From a virus, in the IMG/VR virus record IMGVR_UViG_3300038317_000068: a stretch of DNA of 55,634 bases. One strand, written 5' to 3'. A model generated the notes under the pieces. It worked only from the letters and a program-made list of their open reading frames with translations, ran no database searches and was not told the origin of the DNA. Each line of letters opens with the position of its first letter. Position 1 is the first letter of the stretch. Made by a program: the position numbers and the translations under genes. Shown piece by piece: positions 34,818 to 42,000 of the stretch.

Positions 34818-35149
34818 CTAATTTAATCCCAAACTTATTTTTAATCTATCATCAAGTTCCTGCATTTGTGGGTCAGTTAAATGCCCCACCCATTCACCCA
34901 GTCTCCTCTTATCAACTGTTCTAACCTGTTCCAGTAATATTGTCGAAGGCATAAATAATCTAATATTCATATGCACTGGCAATTTCTTTTTATGTTGTGA
35001 AGTTAGAAAAGCCACTATTGTCGTCGGGCTATAAGTGTTACCCACATCATTCTGAATTACTACTGCATACCTGTCATTACATTGTTCTGAACCTACTTTT
35101 CATTGCCTAATTCTACAAAGTAAATATCACCCCTCTTCACTTGTTTCAT
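34818..35149 (-). pseudogene. mazF: MazF/PemK (EndoA-like) endoribonuclease toxin gene interrupted by a 1-nt frame change in an A4 run (T4 on the plus strand, 35097-35100)
   Basis: Frame 1 gives MKQVKRGDIYFVELGNEK then stop. Frame 2 gives VGSEQCNDRYAVVIQNDVGNTYSPTTIVAFLTS...ILLEQVRTVDKRRLGEWVGHLTDPQMQELDDRLKISLGL. The 332 nt are one base short of 111 codons. Strong RBS AGGGAGG. Confidence 0.8.
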
Positions 35150-35164
35150 ATATATTACCTCCCT

Positions 35165-35506
35165 TTAATCCTCACCATACAATTCCTTCCATGCCTTATA
35201 TAATTCATTAAAATCATCTTCGGGTAATGCCACATAAGATTTTCGAGGGTCACCATAATTAAACCTTATGCCACAGAACCTTCGCCCCATACTAAACATT
35301 TCTTCTTTTATCTTGTCAAACCATGATTTTTTTAGACTTACACTTTGTTGAAGTTTTGTTACTGTTTTATCATCAAGCAATGTATATTTATCTATTAAAT
35401 CACCTTTCATAAAAGGGGTTGCACCACTGTTCGGCTGTTGTTTCATACCCAGTGTTTTCGCCCCTTGTTTTTCACTCTTATCGCTGTAATATCTTGTTGG
35501 CTTCAT
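35165..35506 (-). CDS. Putative PD-(D/E)XK-type nuclease or resolvase-like protein (113 aa)
   Basis: PNSGATPFMKGDLIDKYTLLDDKT resembles the SG..KGD...(D/E)xK pattern of small phage nucleases. Confidence 0.35.
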   Translation of the reverse strand: MKPTRYYSDKSEKQGAKTLGMKQQPNSGATPFMKGDLIDKYTLLDDKTVTKLQQSVSLKKSWFDKIKEEMFSMGRRFCGIRFNYGDPRKSYVALPEDDFNELYKAWKELYGED

Positions 35507-35928
35507 TCACTTTCCTCCTTTTTTATATCCCTGCTTATCCTTAATAAATATGATGCTGTGCCTGTAACCCATGGGTCATCCAGTGGTAAGTGAAATCCTG
35601 TACCGGCATCCCAGTCTGAAAAGGCTTCAGCATATGGCACTTTCGCCGCTATTTCTGGATATTGTGCTTGTAATTTTACAAGTTCCCTGCCCCAGTGGTC
35701 AAACTGCTGGTCAGTTATAAGATTTTCATTTATCCTATAATATAAACAACTATGAACCAGCATTTGTCTTCGTCGCCTATTTATTAGTTCATATATTTTC
35801 TGGTCTTCTGGGCTTAAATGTAGGGGCTGGGGCTTATGGATTGGCTCTTGGTTTTTCCTTGCCTGTGCCTTTGCCTGTGCCTTTTTCTGTGGCTTTACTG
35901 GCATATTAAATAATGTTTTCTGTGCCAT
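35503..35928 (-). CDS. Small protein with an N-terminal QxTLF peptide and an NAD-ligase domain-Ia-like helical segment (141 aa)
   Basis: MAQKTLFNMPVKP...; LVHSCLYYRINENLITDQQFDHWGRELVKLQAQYPEI resembles the LigA Ia pattern (YY..d.P.isD.eyD.L..eL..lE..yPe). Confidence 0.45.
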   Translation of the reverse strand: MAQKTLFNMPVKPQKKAQAKAQARKNQEPIHKPQPLHLSPEDQKIYELINRRRRQMLVHSCLYYRINENLITDQQFDHWGRELVKLQAQYPEIAAKVPYAEAFSDWDAGTGFHLPLDDPWVTGTASYLLRISRDIKKEESE

Positions 35929-35949
35929 TTATAAGCCCCCCTTTGTTAC

Positions 35950-36345
35950 CTAACTGTTTACAATATCGTCATATTTCTTAAGCAATTCCACCATGTCTGG
36001 GTCATCCTTTGCCATCATTTCATAAATCTTTCTTTCCTCAATTTCCTTTTTTCTGCTGTCAAGTTTATCCTTAATGGCATTAAGTGCAACCAGCTTTTCC
36101 TTCTTGTTTACCAATGAAGCAACATCAATCTTCTGAATAATCCATGCTGTCGCTAAATCCCTGTCATTCTGTGTATTACTGTATTTCTCGAATATTGCTA
36201 CATTAATTCCGTACTGGGTTTCAACTGCAACATATTCACCTTTCTTTAAATCTGTGATGTCAATTAAATAACAATACTGCTTTGTAGTCTTTCTCCCTTC
36301 TGTGTAAACATTACCTTCATAAATAACCTTTGCAACTTTTATCAT
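35950..36345 (-). CDS. Hypothetical protein (131 aa)
   Basis: ORF track; first gene after a class II promoter. Confidence 0.6.
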   Translation of the reverse strand: MIKVAKVIYEGNVYTEGRKTTKQYCYLIDITDLKKGEYVAVETQYGINVAIFEKYSNTQNDRDLATAWIIQKIDVASLVNKKEKLVALNAIKDKLDSRKKEIEERKIYEMMAKDDPDMVELLKKYDDIVNS

Positions 36346-36367
36346 CTTGTTACCTCTTAATTTTTAT

Positions 36368-36406
36368 TTACACTAAATATATAATAAAATAAGCCACTTA
36401 TTAAAG
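36368..36406 (-). promoter_or_regulatory. Class II phage promoter
   Basis: Minus strand: CACTTTAA-N17-TATATATTTAGTGTAA. Confidence 0.7.
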
Positions 36407-36422
36407 TGGCTCATTAAAATAT

Positions 36423-36524
36423 TTAAAAATTTTTACCAACCATAGCAATTCGCTTTTTACCATTTTTATCAGTCCATGTAACAATTCTGATTTTAAATGG
36501 TCTTCTCTTCTTGGTTTCCTTCAT
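36423..36524 (-). CDS. Possible 33-aa basic peptide overlapping the end of the previous gene
   Basis: AAGGAGG lies 9 nt before the ATG; translation MKETKKRRPFKIRIVTWTDKNGKKRIAMVGKNF. Confidence 0.35.
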   Translation of the reverse strand: MKETKKRRPFKIRIVTWTDKNGKKRIAMVGKNF

Positions 36525-36885
36525 CTTCAATTACCTCCTTTTCCTCAATTGCACTTTTAACAACCCAGCCAGTCCATTTAATTTCTGCCATCTTTGCCTT
36601 AAGTGCTTCATATTCCTGCTGTAATTCTGCTTCAGTATTATAAGGGTTTATGTGAAAGTGTCCGCCGCACTCTGGTCCGATTCCATAATGTAAACTTACA
36701 GGATGTGTCAACTTTCTACCGCATACCATGCAAACACTTGTCGGCATTGGTTGCCCCCATAGTTCCATTTTCACCATACCTTTTGTCTCCTGTAATACTT
36801 TGCCAACCATAACCCTCATCGGCATTGGTTGCCCATTATTCCACTTATCATTAAAATCCCACTGCTTGGTCATGTATTGTCGCAC
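36493..36885 (-). CDS. Zinc-ribbon protein (DUF6011-like motif, 130 aa)
   Basis: CMVCGRKLTHPVSLHYGIGPECGGHF. Confidence 0.55.
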   Translation of the reverse strand: MRQYMTKQWDFNDKWNNGQPMPMRVMVGKVLQETKGMVKMELWGQPMPTSVCMVCGRKLTHPVSLHYGIGPECGGHFHINPYNTEAELQQEYEALKAKMAEIKWTGWVVKSAIEEKEVIEDEGNQEEKTI

Positions 36886-36904
36886 CTTAATTCGGTATAT
36901 CGTA

Positions 36905-37096
36905 TCATCTATCTTGCCGTCTGCTGGCTTTTCTTGTGCCCCCCTCTTGTATTAGTACCTTCGTTTCTTGCTTAAAATTAAGTTGTATTGTTATCTCGCC
37001 ATCAAAGTCCTTAAGGGCTGTATAAGCGGCGGCACTATTTTTATAAATTGTGCCATTCACTTTTAAAGGTTTTTCCCAGTTTAAAAGGTTCAACAT
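36905..37096 (-). CDS. Hypothetical early protein (63 aa)
   Basis: Start MLNLLNW follows GGAGGGA; behind a class I promoter. Confidence 0.55.
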   Translation of the reverse strand: MLNLLNWEKPLKVNGTIYKNSAAAYTALKDFDGEITIQLNFKQETKVLIQEGGTRKASRRQDR

Positions 37097-37125
37097 TTTT
37101 ATCCCTCCAACCATTTTATAAGTAT

Positions 37126-37154
37126 ATTATATAATAATATTGAAGGTAATGCAA
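37126..37154 (-). promoter_or_regulatory. Class I promoter
   Basis: Minus strand: TTGCAT-N17-TATAAT. Confidence 0.75.
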
Positions 37155-37164
37155 CTCTTTTTTA

Positions 37165-37196
37165 TAAAAAGAATAGGGCTTTTTATGCCCTATTCT
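37165..37196 (-). terminator. Rho-independent terminator
   Basis: Minus strand: GAATAGGGC-ATAAAAA-GCCCTATTC followed by TTTTT. Confidence 0.75.
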
Positions 37197-38359
37197 GATA
37201 TAACTTTGTTTACTTGTTTTGCAATATCATTAAACACAATCGGTTCACTTCTTAAATATTCGAGAAGTTTTGGTCTACCTTGAAATTTAAGTGGTTCATC
37301 ATTTTCATCACACATTATTTCCCCAGTTTCAATATCTAAAATATTAAACCATGCACCGCTCTGTCTTATAATGTCATACTTAATAGCAAGGTCAACGGTA
37401 TCCGCCAGCACATCAATTCCAGTTTTATATTTCAGTGTATAAAATCCCATTCGGCGGTCTGGTCTACATATTTTAGTTTTAGCAATATCCATATTTACGA
37501 GATTTCCTGCTGGTTCTGTCGCCTTATTATTTGCCAGTTCTTGATTATCCTCAGTTATAAATACCCCTTTTCTAAATAAGATTCGCACTGCATACAGATG
37601 TTTTAATGCCCTGCCGCCACTTGTCTTATACAGGTTATAAGGGTTCTCAATATCTTCCCTTACTTGGTTTATCATAATTAAGGCAACTTTATACTTATTC
37701 AGTAAAGGCGAAACCCTTGCTGAAAATTGTGCCATTGTGCCAGCAACACCACAATAAGCCTTCTTTTCCAGTGTTTCCTCATATAGTTGCTGTGGTATTA
37801 GCATCGGGATACTATCAACAACCACAATGCAAACATCCCCCGATTTAATAATATCAAGTACCATTTGTAATATCTGTTCGGCTGTTTGATTTTGTGGTCT
37901 GATTAAATACAAGTTATCAACATCAACACCGTTAAGCCTTGCCCAGTCTTCGTCCAGTGTATTTTCGGCGTCAACATATACAGCCTTTTTCGGTCCTTGT
38001 TCTTTAATGTTATCAATATCCTGCTGTAACTGCTGAATCCTTTTCTGGTCAGATTTATTATTCTTTGCTTGTAATTCATCCAATTCGGTTTCCATGCTAT
38101 CGAGTGCTTCATTATATTCCCTTAAGGCTTTTTTCTGTGCTTGCCCTACACAATCAAGGGCTGTGGTTGTTTTGCCGCCACCCTCACTTCCAAAGAATTC
38201 AACTGCCTTACCTACTGGGATTCCACCATAAAGCAAGTAATTTGCTCTCGGGCTGGAAAATGGTATTCTTTCACTATAAATAATGCTCGTGCCTTTTACC
38301 ACAATATTTTCCTTAAACTTTTTATTTATATCATTCATTAGTAAATCAAGATTATTCAT
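37190..38359 (-). CDS. recA: RecA-like recombinase with a coiled-coil insertion of about 45 aa after the Walker A helix (389 aa)
   Basis: FFGSEGGGKTTTAL (Walker A); AVYVDAENTLD; VVVDSIPML (Walker B); insertion KALREYNEALDSMETELDELQAKNNKSDQKRIQQLQQDIDNIKEQGP. Confidence 0.85.
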   Translation of the reverse strand: MNNLDLLMNDINKKFKENIVVKGTSIIYSERIPFSSPRANYLLYGGIPVGKAVEFFGSEGGGKTTTALDCVGQAQKKALREYNEALDSMETELDELQAKNNKSDQKRIQQLQQDIDNIKEQGPKKAVYVDAENTLDEDWARLNGVDVDNLYLIRPQNQTAEQILQMVLDIIKSGDVCIVVVDSIPMLIPQQLYEETLEKKAYCGVAGTMAQFSARVSPLLNKYKVALIMINQVREDIENPYNLYKTSGGRALKHLYAVRILFRKGVFITEDNQELANNKATEPAGNLVNMDIAKTKICRPDRRMGFYTLKYKTGIDVLADTVDLAIKYDIIRQSGAWFNILDIETGEIMCDENDEPLKFQGRPKLLEYLRSEPIVFNDIAKQVNKVISE

Positions 38360-39035
38360 TAAGTGCACCCCCTGCATATTTACAATCTTCATGGCATACT
38401 GGGCATTTAATAATATTAAATGTCAATACAGGGCACTCCTTTTTCAATAAGTCGAACAACTTAAGGGATAATTCTCTGATTTCCCATTGTGCTCGCTGGC
38501 ATAACCTTAATTGTAAGAAGTGTCTTAATTCCCTTGCATTCATAGTCATAACCATATTCGAATCTGTTGCAATAGGTAAGGTATATCTTGCATCTTCCTT
38601 TGGTATATCCAAACCCCTTAAATCCTTGTATGCCTGTTTCATGTTATTCATGGCACTTATATAAATTTTCAGTGCCTTTTCATTTTCTCTTATTGTTGGC
38701 GGCACAACATAACTAAAATATTCAGCATCAACATACCTTTGAGATTGTATGGAATAACTTGAAACCCTGTGTCGAGTAAGTTGCTGTTGTGTAACCCTAC
38801 TTACACCCTCAATATAGAATGTAAAGTTTACATGTTCAATCGGGCTTTCATGCCCCATTAATAACTTTTCCCTTACAAACTTCTCCATCTTTTCCTTATC
38901 TGGAATATCACCTATGCTGGTTTCAGTCACAGGTATTTTAATCTCATGTGGCTTTACTTTGCTATAACATGTCTTATATGCCACATACAATAATTCGAGT
39001 GGGCTTTGTGTGTCCCTTGCTAAATATACCTCCAT
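38352..39035 (-). CDS. thyX: Flavin-dependent thymidylate synthase ThyX (227 aa)
   Basis: ThyX signature LTRHRVSSYSIQSQRYV. Confidence 0.92.
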   Translation of the reverse strand: MEVYLARDTQSPLELLYVAYKTCYSKVKPHEIKIPVTETSIGDIPDKEKMEKFVREKLLMGHESPIEHVNFTFYIEGVSRVTQQQLTRHRVSSYSIQSQRYVDAEYFSYVVPPTIRENEKALKIYISAMNNMKQAYKDLRGLDIPKEDARYTLPIATDSNMVMTMNARELRHFLQLRLCQRAQWEIRELSLKLFDLLKKECPVLTFNIIKCPVCHEDCKYAGGALNE

Positions 39036-39214
39036 TATAACACCTCCAAATCGGTATATACAAAGTCGTGAATATTTGCAGTATATTTATCGTCTGAATC
39101 AATATTTACATCAACCAATCCATTTGAATAAACTGCAACAACTTCGCCAACTTTGCCGCTGTATTTTCCTTTCAAGATTCTAACCCTTTGTCCTGTATAA
39201 AATTTATTATTCAT
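39035..39214 (-). CDS. Small KOW/SH3-like protein (59 aa); below the ORF-track cutoff
   Basis: My codon-by-codon translation: MNNKFYTGQRVRILKGKYSGKVGEVVAVYSNGLVDVNIDSDDKYTANIHDFVYTDLEVL; TAATG overlap with thyX. Confidence 0.55.
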   Translation of the reverse strand: MNNKFYTGQRVRILKGKYSGKVGEVVAVYSNGLVDVNIDSDDKYTANIHDFVYTDLEVL

Positions 39215-39240
39215 AACACAACCCCTCTTTATTAAATTCT

Positions 39241-39279
39241 TTACACTAAATATATAGTAAAAAAGGGCACTTCTTAAAG
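39241..39279 (-). promoter_or_regulatory. Class II phage promoter
   Basis: Minus strand: CACTTTAA-N17-TATATATTTAGTGTAA. Confidence 0.7.
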
Positions 39280-39299
39280 TGTCCTTTTTAAAGTTTATA

Positions 39300-39815
39300 T
39301 TATTTTACCCCAGTGCTACCTATGCCGCCCCTGTTCGGGTTTCCCAGTTTTTCAACCTCTTGAAATAACACTGGGGGCATTTTCGGCATAATTCTGAATT
39401 GAAGTAATCTGTCATACTTTGCAACCTTGCCGTCTTTTAGTGCATAAAACATTCCTATCCACTGGTCGTCATCACCACAGTAACAATTATCAATCATGCC
39501 AACACTGTTCACCAGTATTAAGCCATAATGTTTAAATGTCGAACTTCTTGGCAATACATGAGCTTCAGCATTATTCGGCAACTGCATTGCAACCCCTAAA
39601 TTAAATTTTACAACATCACCAGCCTTATAAGAAAGTTCACCCTTTTCATCATATGATACAGGCTTACCATTTACTTCGGCTTCTGCAATTCTTAAATCAA
39701 CCCAGTCCCCTTTTTCTGTAACTGCCAGCTTCGGCATACTTTTGTCAAAGTATTTAATTTTTATGCCCAGTTTTGGCATTTGTCCGATTACTGGTATTCC
39801 TTTAATTCCTGCCAT
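39300..39815 (-). CDS. dut: dUTPase (trimeric type, 171 aa)
   Basis: PRSSTFKHYGLILVNSVGMIDNCYCG and C-terminal NRGGIGSTG. Confidence 0.88.
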   Translation of the reverse strand: MAGIKGIPVIGQMPKLGIKIKYFDKSMPKLAVTEKGDWVDLRIAEAEVNGKPVSYDEKGELSYKAGDVVKFNLGVAMQLPNNAEAHVLPRSSTFKHYGLILVNSVGMIDNCYCGDDDQWIGMFYALKDGKVAKYDRLLQFRIMPKMPPVLFQEVEKLGNPNRGGIGSTGVK

Positions 39816-39850
39816 ATTATCTTCTCCCCCTTAATTTACTGATAAAGTCT

Positions 39851-40192
39851 TCAAAATCTTCCCCCCATTTTTTCCTTCATGCCAGCCATTTCCTTATCAT
39901 GATGGTCGCAGTGTTCACAATCACCATCACAATCTTCATTTTCTGCACCCATAACATCCTTCATGATTGCACCTAATACATCACCCAGCCCACCGCTTAA
40001 ATGTGCATTAATCTGTTCGGTTAAAAGTTTGTGAGCGATTATGGTCTACTTAAAATCTGCATTTCTGGCGGCTGTAACACCAACACCCTCCTCCTTATTA
40101 TCGAAGCCAAACAATACAAAGTTATCAAACTCCTGTGTTGTGCCGTCTTCCTTTGTCAATACTACCTTTACAACTTTACTTATTATCATCAT
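39851..40192 (-). other. 114-codon reading frame interrupted by a single in-frame TAG (40046-40048). It is either a 48-aa ORF plus an untranslated or short downstream ORF, or an amber-interrupted gene.
   Basis: Translation: MMIISKVVKVVLTKEDGTTQEFDNFVLFGFDNKEEGVGVTAARNADFK-TAG-TIIAHKLLTEQINAHLSGGLGDVLGAIMKDVMGAENEDCDGDCEHCDHHDKEMAGMKEKMGGRF-TGA; RBS AAAAGGAGA. Confidence 0.5.
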
Positions 40193-40736
40193 TCTCCTTT
40201 TCTAATATATTATTATTTTTAACATAATCAGGTTCCATTTGATGGATTTCTATTTCAGCAATTCTTTTCTGTAATACCTTTCTGCTTGCTTGGCATAACT
40301 GCACAGCCATGTCCAGCTTTGTTTTAAGTTTCTTGTATGCCCTGCTAAATGCTACATCTGTCAAATATTCATTTAATGTGGCATTTTCAGCATAACTTTC
40401 CTTGTCTCTTATTGTACCGTCAATCGCCATTACTGCATTATTGTAAGCCTCCATTTTTATCGCCTTTGCATTATCACCCTGTATGCCGAGGGTTTCAAGC
40501 CCATTACTTGCCCAGTACATGTAAACAGGTACTCGCAAAGTAATATTTTCAACTTCATCATCAGTCAATCGTTCATTTTTATCCAGCATACCCTTAACTT
40601 TTTCCATAAAATCGTCAAGGTCTTTATTATACTGCCTTACCAGCGAATCCACTATTCTTTCAATGGTTTCACTATATTTCTCGGCTTGATGCTTTAAACT
40701 TCTACATTTATCTTCATCTACTTTGCCGCCAGCCAT
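40176..40736 (-). CDS. Hypothetical coiled-coil protein (186 aa)
   Basis: Start MAGGKVDEDK follows AGAAGGAGGGG. Confidence 0.6.
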   Translation of the reverse strand: MAGGKVDEDKCRSLKHQAEKYSETIERIVDSLVRQYNKDLDDFMEKVKGMLDKNERLTDDEVENITLRVPVYMYWASNGLETLGIQGDNAKAIKMEAYNNAVMAIDGTIRDKESYAENATLNEYLTDVAFSRAYKKLKTKLDMAVQLCQASRKVLQKRIAEIEIHQMEPDYVKNNNILEKENDDNK

Positions 40737-40737
40737 T

Positions 40738-41214
40738 TTATTCCCCTCCTTCTGGGGCAATACCCTTAAGCAAATCTTTCACATTATAGATAAAGGTCTT
40801 AATCCTTTTCCTACTTGCCACTTTGTAACCCTTATCCCTTGCCCAGTCTATATTTAAACTTTTACTTCCATGTTCTGCTAAATACTGCAACAACTTAATA
40901 TCCACAAAGTAAGTTTCTTCATAATCTGTATAATGGATTAATATGCCAGCCCTTACCCCTGTAATATTACTCTTTTTCACCAACCCTGTCCATTGATAAT
41001 CTGTTATACAACTGAAGGGAAGTGTATTGCCTTTGTGTGCCTTCAGTTCCATATAATATTCAAAGGGATGGCGGTATAGCACAAAGTCGCATATATTTTT
41101 TATACCAGCATAGCCGCCAACATTGTCATAAAATCTGTCAATACTTATATCTTCATAGTTGCCAGCACTTTCCTTAAAATCTTTTTCAAAGTCCTTGCCG
41201 CTATATCCGCTCAT
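40738..41214 (-). CDS. recU: RecU-like Holliday junction resolvase (158 aa)
   Basis: ICDFVLYRHPFEYYMELKAHKGNTLPFSCITDYQ matches the RecU D...E.K...fp...hQ core. Confidence 0.6.
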   Translation of the reverse strand: MSGYSGKDFEKDFKESAGNYEDISIDRFYDNVGGYAGIKNICDFVLYRHPFEYYMELKAHKGNTLPFSCITDYQWTGLVKKSNITGVRAGILIHYTDYEETYFVDIKLLQYLAEHGSKSLNIDWARDKGYKVASRKRIKTFIYNVKDLLKGIAPEGGE

Positions 41215-41226
41215 TTGTTCGCCCCC

Positions 41227-42000
41227 TTACCACTTATTACATTCTTTTTTATACCTGCAATAAGTGCAATCCTTTTTTATAGTGCTTTTCGGAGGAACTT
41301 CACCCTTTGCAACATATTCATCACAAGTGTTTATTTTACCAACAACTCGCTCCTCTTTCATTTCATCTGTAACATGCACTAAAAAAGTTTTCAAATCACA
41401 ACTATCACGATTTTCGTAAATAAATATAATGTTATCAACACCTAAACAAACACTGTAAGAGCTTGCCTGTGTAATGTGGTCATCATATGGTTGAACTTGC
41501 CCTTGCCATTTGTAAAAACTCTCAGTCTTAATTTCAACAATATAATATTTGCCCTTATACTTTATTAAACCATCACAAAGGAAATTGATATTTAATATTG
41601 TATTTCGGCATTTTGTTTCCATCCCTGATTGTCTTTCAACAATGGTTCCCTCTACTGGATGTGTCTTTAAAAATTCAGCCACATTAATCCATTCACAGTC
41701 AAACCCCATAGCTTGCATCTTACTAATTGCCGTCTGTATGGTTACATGTCGGTCAGTTCCGCTGGCTGTTTGCCCTATATTTGTATAACTTCTATCTTCG
41801 TCATCTGGGGTTGCCCCAGTAACTTGAAAATATAAGTTTCTCATACAGCCCCCCAGTGAAGAAGGTTTATAGGTCTTACTGGGAGTATGGCTTTCATCGG
41901 CTTTTTCAATGGTAACTGTTAAGTCCTGTAAAAATTGGTCTTGTATGGGCTTAACCTTTGAAGCCTCATTTATAAGTTTTGCAAGGTTCTTAAGTGCCAT
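41227..42000 (-). CDS. Cas4/RecB-family PD-(D/E)XK exonuclease with a 4-Cys cluster (257 aa)
   Basis: N-terminal Cys in LGGCMRNLYF; DGLIKYKGKYYIVEIKT; QASSYS; C-terminal CTYCRYKKEC. Confidence 0.8.
   Translation of the reverse strand: MALKNLAKLINEASKVKPIQDQFLQDLTVTIEKADESHTPSKTYKPSSLGGCMRNLYFQVTGATPDDEDRSYTNIGQTASGTDRHVTIQTAISKMQAMGFDCEWINVAEFLKTHPVEGTIVERQSGMETKCRNTILNINFLCDGLIKYKGKYYIVEIKTESFYKWQGQVQPYDDHITQASSYSVCLGVDNIIFIYENRDSCDLKTFLVHVTDEMKEERVVGKINTCDEYVAKGEVPPKSTIKKDCTYCRYKKECNKW

Noticed and set aside
38352-39035. ThyX as a hydroxymethylase producing a 5-hmdU/5-hmdC precursor for hypermodification
   Set aside because: The protein carries the canonical ThyX RHRxxSxxxQSxRY motif, and nothing in the sequence suggests altered chemistry. 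The known base hydroxymethylases are ThyA-type. This is kept only as a remote possibility, to be settled by the nucleoside analysis proposed above.
2014-40048. Genome-wide reassignment of TAG (stop-codon recoding, as seen in some gut phages)
   Set aside because: TAG serves as the natural stop of at least five well-delimited genes: 2014, 10624, 18937, 19601 and 33766. These often sit in classic overlap contexts (ATGAATAG, CATTAGTGG) or are followed within 0-10 codons by another stop. The large structural and replication ORFs are intact under the standard code. The single in-frame TAG at 40046 is therefore treated as a local event.
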